The notes beneath the pieces are model-generated. The model was not told where the DNA came from. It was given only the letters and a program-made list of their open reading frames with translations, and did not search any database. DNA of 64,000 nt from Minisyncoccota bacterium (GTDB lineage: Bacteria; Patescibacteriota; Minisyncoccia; Phycocordibacterales; GWA1-40-21), in NCBI GenBank assembly GCA_041656855.1, contig JBBACS010000001.1, forward strand, positions 3,454 through 67,453, given 5' to 3'. A program made the position numbers and the translations under genes. Within the stretch, counting starts at the first letter, position 1. Each line of letters starts with the position of its first letter. Of this stretch, positions 44,111 through 51,033 are shown piece after piece.

Positions 44111-44758
44111 ATGCAGTCCAGTAAAAAATGGATTTTTATCGCGTTAGAAGGGGTAGACAAATCGGGTAAATCTACTGTGTGGAAAAAGCTCAAGGAGGAG
44201 TATGGAGATTCTTTTGTTTTCACTAAAGAACCAGGAGGTTCTGATTGCGGAAAAGAAATAAGAAGAATGGTTTTAGAGCTACCATACACAGATCAGATGG
44301 ATGAAACAGCACGTATGTTTCTTTTTTGGGCCGACCGCAGGATTCATATGTTGAATGTAATTATTCCGGCCCTTGATGCTGGTAAAATTGTAATTACAGA
44401 CAGATTTGATGGTTCAACATATGCATACCAGGTTTTCAAAAAGGGGGATGAAGAACTCAAAAAACATTTTTGGTTGAGCCGAGATTTGACTGTCGGTGAT
44501 TATAAACCAAATTTGTATCTTTTGTTTGATACTCTTCCTCAAACGTCTATTGCAAGGAGTAATAAACCAGGAGAGAAACAGAATCATTATGACAAAAGCA
44601 AGTTGGACGAACTTGAAAAAAGGCGTGATGGATTCTGGGAATTTACAAAGCATGTTCCACACGAAGTCATTATTACGGAACAGCCAGAATCACAGGTTTA
44701 TTTTGAAGCAAAAACGATAATAGATAAATATATTGCCAAAAGAAGAGGCTCGGAGTAA
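44111..44758 (+). CDS. tmk: thymidylate kinase
   Basis: FIALEGVDKSGKST, DRF; strong SD GGAGGTGA 44100-44107. Confidence 0.85.
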   Translation: MQSSKKWIFIALEGVDKSGKSTVWKKLKEEYGDSFVFTKEPGGSDCGKEIRRMVLELPYTDQMDETARMFLFWADRRIHMLNVIIPALDAGKIVITDRFDGSTYAYQVFKKGDEELKKHFWLSRDLTVGDYKPNLYLLFDTLPQTSIARSNKPGEKQNHYDKSKLDELEKRRDGFWEFTKHVPHEVIITEQPESQVYFEAKTIIDKYIAKRRGSE

Positions 44759-44767
44759 TCCGAGCCT
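44746..44767 (+). terminator. intrinsic terminator overlapping the tmk stop
   Basis: AGGCTCGGA-GTAA-TCCGAGCCT then TTTTTT. Confidence 0.8.
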
Positions 44768-44797
44768 TTTTTATTTAAAATATAGTAGAATAGATAT

Positions 44798-45220
44798 ATG
44801 AAACTTAAAATTAAGAAACTTCACACAGATGCAAAAGTTCCAAACTATGCCCATTATGATGATGCAGGGTTTGATTTGTTTTCTGTAGAAAATATTATTT
44901 TAAAAGCTGGAATGCGAGCTATGATACCAACAGGAATAGCTATGGAAATTCCTGAAGGTTACGTTGGTCTTGTTTGGGATAAGAGCGGGCTTGCAATGAA
45001 ACACGGAATAAAAACTATTGGTGGGGTTGTTGACTCAGCATACCGTGGCGAGGTAATAATTGGTGTGATGAATCTTGGAAAAGAAGATTATACATTTGAA
45101 AAAGGTCATAAAGTTGCGCAGATGATAATTCAGAAAAAAGAATTTGTAGATTTTCTTGAGGTGAGTGAATTGTCTGAGACAAAAAGGGGATCGGGAGGAT
45201 TTGGAAGTACAGGGAGGTAG
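44798..45220 (+). CDS. dut: dUTP diphosphatase
   Basis: AGFDLFS, GGVVDSAYRGEV, RGSGGFGSTG. Confidence 0.9.
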   Translation: MKLKIKKLHTDAKVPNYAHYDDAGFDLFSVENIILKAGMRAMIPTGIAMEIPEGYVGLVWDKSGLAMKHGIKTIGGVVDSAYRGEVIIGVMNLGKEDYTFEKGHKVAQMIIQKKEFVDFLEVSELSETKRGSGGFGSTGR

Positions 45221-45261
45221 CAAAAGATAATATATAGTAGATAATAGAAAATAATAATATA

Positions 45262-45290
45262 AAGGACGGTTTGCGAAGCAAACCGTCCTT
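45262..45290. terminator. bidirectional intrinsic terminator
   Basis: 13-bp stem AAGGACGGTTTGC/GCAAACCGTCCTT, GAA loop. Confidence 0.85.
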
Positions 45291-45303
45291 TAATATCTAT
45301 TCA

Positions 45304-45891
45304 CTAATTTCTTTTTCCTATTATTATATCAATTTCTTTCCAAGATTTTACCCTTATAACATTTGGTGGAAGTTTGTCAGTTTGATTCCATGGATAATCT
45401 ATTAAGAATGCTTTTCTATTTGACCCAATACATTCTAAAATATTATTTATATCATCTTCTATAAAGATATCTATATCAAGATCGTCGCAAACCTTTTTCT
45501 TTGTGATTGTTTGTGTCTTATCTTTTGCAAACTGACTTGTAAAATAAATTCCAGAGAAAATGTTTGGAAAATGTTTATTAATCCAATCCTCAGTTTCTTT
45601 TTTGATATCATATGCTCTAGCTGTGATTATAAAAAGCTCATTATTTTTTTTAAGTTTTTTTAAGACCTCTTGTGAGTATGGAAGTGGTTTTGCTTCTTTT
45701 GCATAATCTGACCTATGAAATTCATGGACTTCTTTAACCCTATCTTCTCTGGTCTGACCAAGAATTTCCCAGATATTAAAATGTTTTATATCTTTTACAT
45801 TAAAATTCGTATGATGTATATCATTGTGAAATCTAATTACCTGTTGCATCGATTGGCTTATTGTATCATCTAAATCTATTCCTATTTTCAT
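45304..45891 (-). CDS. HAD-family 5'(3')-deoxyribonucleotidase-like protein
   Basis: DxDxT motif (IDLDDTIS), NT5C-like layout. Confidence 0.6.
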   Translation of the reverse strand: MKIGIDLDDTISQSMQQVIRFHNDIHHTNFNVKDIKHFNIWEILGQTREDRVKEVHEFHRSDYAKEAKPLPYSQEVLKKLKKNNELFIITARAYDIKKETEDWINKHFPNIFSGIYFTSQFAKDKTQTITKKKVCDDLDIDIFIEDDINNILECIGSNRKAFLIDYPWNQTDKLPPNVIRVKSWKEIDIIIGKRN

Positions 45892-45991
45892 CCCGTAAAG
45901 AAATTTTAATGTTTTGATAATGTCGACAACTTGATCAATTGATTCTACACTTATTCAGTAATATTTTAATTTAGGTTGAATTTCACACGGG
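45892..45991 (-). repeat. leader inverted repeat (family A' subtype, 100 nt); 3' arm abuts ATG 45891
   Basis: Minus strand CCCGTGTGAAATTC ... AAAATTTCTTTACGGG-ATG, same arms as 33224-33324. Confidence 0.8.
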
Positions 45992-46078
45992 ACAAGTATT
46001 CTTAGAGTTTATCAAAAAATAATATAAAAACTAGTTAAAATTCGCTTTTTATTGAATTTTGCTCTAATATGTGTGGTA

Positions 46079-47434
46079 ATGAAAAAGAAAGAGATAAAAC
46101 CAAGTATTTGGGATGTCGCTGTTATCGGAGGTGGCCCTGCAGGGCTTATTTCTGCTGGAATTGCTGCTCAAAATGGTACAAAGGTGATTCTCATTGAGAA
46201 GAATGAAACCATGGGAAATAAGCTACTTTTGACTGGTGGAGGACGCTGTAATCTTACAAATGTTGAACCAGACGAAAGAAGTTTTGTTTCAAAATATGGA
46301 AAGAAGGGAAGTTTTCTTTTTTCTCCACTTTCTGTTTTTGGAGTGCAAGATACGATAAGATTTTTTGAAAAAATTGGTTTAAAAACAAAAGTTGAAGCCG
46401 GGTATAGAGTCTTTCCAGAAAGTGGTAGTGCTATGGATGTACTTGGTGTACTTACAAAATTTGGAATGAATAATAAAGTTGAATACATGACGGGAGCAAA
46501 TGTTATTGGTATAAAAAAAAATCGAGGTAAGATTATTTCAGTTGTTGTTGAAGATGGTTCACCCGAAAAAATTTTGCCTGACGCATTTGCTAAGGCAAAT
46601 GCAAGAAAAATCTCAGATTTTTCATCAGGCAAAACTTTAGCGGGTAAAGAAATAAAAGCTAAAAATTTTATTCTTGCTACTGGTGGAAAGTCATATCCAG
46701 AAACTGGTTCAACAGGAGATGGTTTTAAGTGGTTGAGAGAAATTGGACACAAAGTTGCAGAACCGAACCCTTCCCTTGTTCCTATTAAAGTAAAAGAAAA
46801 TTGGATTAGTGATTTTGCAGGAATATCTTTAGATAATGTTGGTATATCTATCTGGCAAAATGATAAAAAAGTATTTGGAAAAGTTGGAAGAGTTTTGATT
46901 ACTCATGATGGTTTTTCTGGCCCAACAATCTTGAATATGAGCAAAGACATCGGCGAATTACTTGCAAATGGTGAAGTTAAAATTGCTATAGATTTTTTCC
47001 CAGGAGTAGGACTTGATATTATGAATCAAATGATGATAAAAGCTTTTGAAGGGAATGCTACTAAAAAAATAAAAAATCTTGTTTTTAAAGAAGTCCCAGA
47101 AAAAATTTATTTTAAAATATTAGATATTATGGGAATGGATGGAGAATGGCTTGCAAATGAAGTTAAAAAAGCAGAAAGAATGGCAATCATGGATGAATTT
47201 AAAAAGTTTGATTTTGTAGTTGAAGGTCTTCATGGATTTGAAAAATCAATTGTTTCAAGTGGTGGTGTAGATTTGTCTGAAGTTGATTTCAAAACAATGC
47301 AGTCAAAACTTTATGACAACTTGTATTTGGTAGGGGATATTTTAGATTTTGATAGAAATTCTGGTGGTTACTCATTGCAACTCTGTTGGACGAGTGGTTA
47401 TATTGCAGGTAAATCGGCTGCTAAAAATATCTAA
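46079..47434 (+). CDS. BaiN/HI0933-family FAD-dependent oxidoreductase (listed ORF starts at 46052)
   Basis: VIGGGPAG dinucleotide-binding motif, GGGRCN, ILATGGKSYPETGSTGDGF. Confidence 0.8.
   Translation: MKKKEIKPSIWDVAVIGGGPAGLISAGIAAQNGTKVILIEKNETMGNKLLLTGGGRCNLTNVEPDERSFVSKYGKKGSFLFSPLSVFGVQDTIRFFEKIGLKTKVEAGYRVFPESGSAMDVLGVLTKFGMNNKVEYMTGANVIGIKKNRGKIISVVVEDGSPEKILPDAFAKANARKISDFSSGKTLAGKEIKAKNFILATGGKSYPETGSTGDGFKWLREIGHKVAEPNPSLVPIKVKENWISDFAGISLDNVGISIWQNDKKVFGKVGRVLITHDGFSGPTILNMSKDIGELLANGEVKIAIDFFPGVGLDIMNQMMIKAFEGNATKKIKNLVFKEVPEKIYFKILDIMGMDGEWLANEVKKAERMAIMDEFKKFDFVVEGLHGFEKSIVSSGGVDLSEVDFKTMQSKLYDNLYLVGDILDFDRNSGGYSLQLCWTSGYIAGKSAAKNI
46560..46647. repeat. family A-type palindromic element (about 88 nt) inserted in frame in the flavoprotein gene
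   Basis: CACCCGAAAAAATTTTGCCTGA ... TCAGGCAAAACTTTAGCGGGTAA, nested hairpins GCATTTGC/GCAAATGC and GAAAAATC/GATTTTTC; encodes SPEKILPDAFAKANARKISDFSSGKTLAGK. Confidence 0.85.
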
Positions 47435-47465
47435 AAGTCGATATCTAGTTATAAATTAGTGTGCT

Positions 47466-47777
47466 ATGCTTTCTTTAAGTATGAAACCATATTTAATGAA
47501 CTATTTTTTGTGCGTTATATTTGCGATAGCTTTCTTTTCTATTTTGGGTGCTTTAAAGTGGGTAACACCTAGTTTTTTTTATGTGCCAACGAATATAATC
47601 ACTATTCTTTCTATACTTTTATTTCCAGGAATTACTAGATTTTTTCTAGATAAGGCGAGAGAGGTTGGAAAATATTCTAAAAATAAAGCTCTAGCATTAA
47701 GAATGCTTTCTTATGTTTTTTTTGTTCCTTTTATTTTATATTTTACTTATATTTTAATTAGTAAATGGAGTTTTTAA
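47466..47777 (+). CDS. small integral membrane protein, unknown function
   Basis: 103 aa, about three hydrophobic helices. Confidence 0.5.
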   Translation: MLSLSMKPYLMNYFLCVIFAIAFFSILGALKWVTPSFFYVPTNIITILSILLFPGITRFFLDKAREVGKYSKNKALALRMLSYVFFVPFILYFTYILISKWSF

Positions 47778-47785
47778 ATATGTGT

Positions 47786-47813
47786 TTGACAATATCTTTG
47801 CTAGAGGTAGTAT
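47786..47813 (+). promoter_or_regulatory. sigma70-type promoter
   Basis: TTGACA, 16-nt spacer, TAGTAT. Confidence 0.55.
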
Positions 47814-47857
47814 CTGATATAGAGAAAGCACACTAATATAAAGGAGGAAAATATTTT

Positions 47858-48058
47858 ATGGTATTTCCAAATTTAATTGAAGCAGTAAGTTCATTTTTCA
47901 AGAAAAAGTGTATTTGTCCTAAGACATGTGACTGCCAGAATCCGCCACCGAATAACTGGAATGGCAAATCGGGAGTTTATCACATCAGTAATGGATGCCC
48001 CGTGCATAATGTTTCCCCCGATCCTGATCCCGATTGCGAAGCGACAGTTCATGGGTGA
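47858..48058 (+). CDS. small Cys/Pro-rich hypothetical protein (66 aa)
   Basis: Strong SD AGGAGG 47842-47847; KKCICPKTCDCQNPPP...GCPVHN...DCE; own promoter and terminator. Confidence 0.6.
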   Translation: MVFPNLIEAVSSFFKKKCICPKTCDCQNPPPNNWNGKSGVYHISNGCPVHNVSPDPDPDCEATVHG

Positions 48059-48061
48059 ATA

Positions 48062-48088
48062 AAAACCGGAGATTTGATCTCCGGTTTT
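48062..48088. terminator. bidirectional intrinsic terminator
   Basis: AAAACCGGAGAT-TTG-ATCTCCGGTTTT. Confidence 0.85.
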
Positions 48089-48098
48089 TAATTGTGTT

Positions 48099-49049
48099 TT
48101 AGAATTTATTGTTTACACCTCCTATTGGATAAAGTTTTTCATCTATTACTCTTATAAAACAAGTTGTTGTAGCTTTGTGGAACCAATTTTCATTATCTGA
48201 ACCATATGGATATGGAGTAGAAACCCTTTTGCCTGTTATAGAATTTAATGTAGTAGTTGCTACTGTTTTAAAATCTGCACAAAGTTGGAAACTATTTTTT
48301 GAAATTTTCTTGTATCCATAATTGGCTTGTGTTTCAGGATCTGTTGGTAATGTAAAGCCACTGATAGGATCTTTTAGGGCCTCTAAACTTGTAGGTACTG
48401 TACCTTTGTTTTGCCATTGTGAATAAACTATCTGACTTTGAATATTATTCAAGTCGTTTACTCTTTGGTCGTCAAGTTGTTTTGCTTTTTGTTTTGCTGG
48501 AGAACCGATTATTACTATCCCGTAAATTACAGCAGAAAGTATCACCACAGAAATTATTCCTATAGAGATTTTCATCCATTTTGCAATTTCAAAAGAAGTT
48601 CTTTTTAGGTCTGCAAAAGTAAACTTGAATATTGTGACAGCCACAGCTAGGACGAACAAGACTTTCAAGAAAAATCTTAATGTTAAATCTTCAGCACCTA
48701 GGAGTCTATATAAAAGAGTTGAAAGGTCTATTGCTACTGTTAGTCCAGAAATAAAAAGGGTTAGATAAATCATCCATCTTCTGACCCACATATCTTTTTT
48801 CTCTGGGTTTGCTTTCAAATCTTTATTTGCAATAAGCCCAATATAAATAAAAGCAGGGAAGAATATTATAAGTGCAGCCAAACTTCCACGGATTGAATAA
48901 TCAATATTTCCGGCGTATTCTCCGGCTAGTGGAAATAGTTTTTCAATAATTTGAAATATGAGCATTAAGAAACTGACTGAACTCACATAAAGTCCTATGA
49001 TTACTCCTAGATATAGGAAGAAATCTTTTGCTGTTGTTTTTTGATTCAT
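48099..49049 (-). CDS. multi-pass membrane protein (DUF5671-like N-terminus) with pilin-like C-terminal domain
   Basis: Several TM helices; C-terminus ...LPTDPETQANYGYKK...FQLCADF resembles pseudopilin globular domains. Confidence 0.5.
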   Translation of the reverse strand: MNQKTTAKDFFLYLGVIIGLYVSSVSFLMLIFQIIEKLFPLAGEYAGNIDYSIRGSLAALIIFFPAFIYIGLIANKDLKANPEKKDMWVRRWMIYLTLFISGLTVAIDLSTLLYRLLGAEDLTLRFFLKVLFVLAVAVTIFKFTFADLKRTSFEIAKWMKISIGIISVVILSAVIYGIVIIGSPAKQKAKQLDDQRVNDLNNIQSQIVYSQWQNKGTVPTSLEALKDPISGFTLPTDPETQANYGYKKISKNSFQLCADFKTVATTTLNSITGKRVSTPYPYGSDNENWFHKATTTCFIRVIDEKLYPIGGVNNKF

Positions 49050-49131
49050 TCTTAATATTGTTAAATTGATAATGGATTTATTATACCACGACTGGCTTTA
49101 TGTTGATACTTGCTTATGTTAATATTACTTT

Positions 49132-50838
49132 GTGATTAAAAACATACTAGAAAATTCAATAAAGACCGCGCTTTGGTCTCTCAAGATAGATGAAAAGAAA
49201 GTTTCTAAGATAAATTTGGAACATCCAGAGGAACTATCTCATGGAGATTATTCTTGTAATATCGCGATGATTCTTGCAAAACAAGTTGCTCAAAATCCGC
49301 GAGAACTTGCAGAAAAGATTGTTGCAGAAATAAATGAAAGAAAACCAGAAGAGATTTCAAGAGTAGAAGTTGCCGGTCCCGGATTTATAAACTTTTATTT
49401 GTCTTCTGAATTTTTTGTTAATGAAAGTAAAGAAATACTTTGTGACTGTAATGATTTTGGTAGAAGCAAGATTGGAGAAGGAAAGAAGGTAGTTGTTGAA
49501 TATTCTTCTCCGAACATCGCAAAGCCATTTACTATTGGGCACTTGCGCTCAACTGTTATAGGCGATGCCATTGCAAACATTTTAGATTACTCAGGATATA
49601 AAGTAATCCGTGACAATCACTTGGGAGATTGGGGAACACAGTTTGGTAAGCTTATTGTAGCTATAAAAACTTGGTCATCACTTGATAAAATAAAAAAATC
49701 AAAACAACCTATAAAAGATTTGGTAGATTTGTATGTAAAATTTCATGATGAAGCAGAAAAAGATTTAGCTTTAGATAATGAGGCTCGAGATTGGTTTACA
49801 AAGCTTGAAAAAAATAATAAAGAAGCAAAAAATATATGGAATGTATGTGTAAAGCTTTCAATGAAAGAATTTGAAAAAATATATAAACGCCTTGGGGTAA
49901 AATTTGATACTGCATATGGTGAAAGTTACTTTGAAAAGAAAATGCAAGAGGTTTTGAAAGATATAAATAAACTAAATCTTGCAAAGGAGAGTGAAGGAGC
50001 ATACCTGGTATTTTTCAAAGATGATAAATATCCTCCGATGATGCTTTTGAAAAAAGATGGCTCAACAATATATGCTCTTCGTGATTTAGCTACGGATAAA
50101 TTTAGAAAGGAGAAGTATGGAAAAGATGTCGTAATCATAAATGAAGTTGGAATGGAACAGAGTTTGCACTTCGAACAGATTTTTGAGACGGAAAGATTGC
50201 TTGGATATTCAAATGGTGCAGACAGAATACATGTTAAACATGGTTTTTATCGTTTTCCAGAAGGTAAGATGAGTACGAGAAAGGGAAATGGTATCTGGCT
50301 AGATGAAGTTCTTGATGAAGCAGTCGTAAAAGCTGCAGCGTTTGATAAAAATACAGCAGAGGTAGTTGGAATCGGTGCAATAAAGTTTAACGATCTAAAA
50401 AGAGAAAGTTCAAAAGATATAATTTTTAATTGGGATGAGATATTAAACTTGAAAGGGGATTCAGGACCATATTTACAATATTCATATGCCCGTGCGAAAT
50501 CTATTTTGAGAAAAGCTAAAGAGGATGGTGTAAAAGCTAAAGTTAACCCCAGTCAAATGAAAAGCCAATTTGACGGGGCGAGTATTACAATACTCGAAAA
50601 ATTACTTTATAGATTTCCTGAGGTTGTGGAAAGGGCAGGAGCTGAATATTCACCACACTACATTGCAACTTATCTTATTGAGCTTGCCTCATCATTTAAT
50701 AATTTTTACGGACAAGGAAAGATTGTAGATAAAACAGATGCAAATTCCCCATACAAAGTTGCACTTACAGAAGCTTTCTCAATTGTTTTGAAAAATGGAC
50801 TTAATCTTTTGGGTATTTCCGCTCCAGAAAAAATGTGA
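49132..50838 (+). CDS. argS: arginyl-tRNA synthetase (GTG start)
   Basis: SSPNIAKPFTIGHLRS, MSTRKG, DALR anticodon-binding C-terminus. Confidence 0.9.
   Translation: MIKNILENSIKTALWSLKIDEKKVSKINLEHPEELSHGDYSCNIAMILAKQVAQNPRELAEKIVAEINERKPEEISRVEVAGPGFINFYLSSEFFVNESKEILCDCNDFGRSKIGEGKKVVVEYSSPNIAKPFTIGHLRSTVIGDAIANILDYSGYKVIRDNHLGDWGTQFGKLIVAIKTWSSLDKIKKSKQPIKDLVDLYVKFHDEAEKDLALDNEARDWFTKLEKNNKEAKNIWNVCVKLSMKEFEKIYKRLGVKFDTAYGESYFEKKMQEVLKDINKLNLAKESEGAYLVFFKDDKYPPMMLLKKDGSTIYALRDLATDKFRKEKYGKDVVIINEVGMEQSLHFEQIFETERLLGYSNGADRIHVKHGFYRFPEGKMSTRKGNGIWLDEVLDEAVVKAAAFDKNTAEVVGIGAIKFNDLKRESSKDIIFNWDEILNLKGDSGPYLQYSYARAKSILRKAKEDGVKAKVNPSQMKSQFDGASITILEKLLYRFPEVVERAGAEYSPHYIATYLIELASSFNNFYGQGKIVDKTDANSPYKVALTEAFSIVLKNGLNLLGISAPEKM
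50546..50578 (+). repeat. 33-nt family B palindromic element inserted in frame in argS
   Basis: ACCCCAGTCAAATGAAAAGCCAATTTGACGGGG; encodes PSQMKSQFDGA. Confidence 0.9.
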
Positions 50839-50873
50839 TATATTGATAGAAGAAAATAAAAGGAGGTCATGTT

Positions 50874-50969
50874 ATGGGTATGAAAAGAAAAGAAATTGTT
50901 CTTTCGTGCGATGAGTGCTCGGGATGTGGTGGATGCTGCAAAAGAGGCGGAAGACATGGGCCGAAATAG
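50874..50969 (+). CDS. 31-aa Cys-rich micro-ORF (not in the supplied ORF track)
   Basis: AAGGAGGT SD 7 nt upstream; ATG GGT ATG AAA ... = MGMKRKEIVLSCDECSGCGGCCKRGGRHGPK*; a terminator follows at once. Confidence 0.5.
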   Translation: MGMKRKEIVLSCDECSGCGGCCKRGGRHGPK

Positions 50970-50974
50970 TTATT

Positions 50975-50997
50975 GGGCGGATGTGAAGCATCCGCCC
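50975..50997 (+). terminator. intrinsic terminator
   Basis: GGGCGGATG-TGAAG-CATCCGCCC then T-rich tract. Confidence 0.75.
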
Positions 50998-51033
50998 TTC
51001 CCTTTTTCCATTTAATTGATAACATATAATAAT

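Noticed and set aside
46168-46752. 194-aa ORF on the minus strand
   Set aside because: It lies entirely antisense to the well-supported BaiN/HI0933-family gene, has low-complexity composition and no start signals. It is a shadow ORF.
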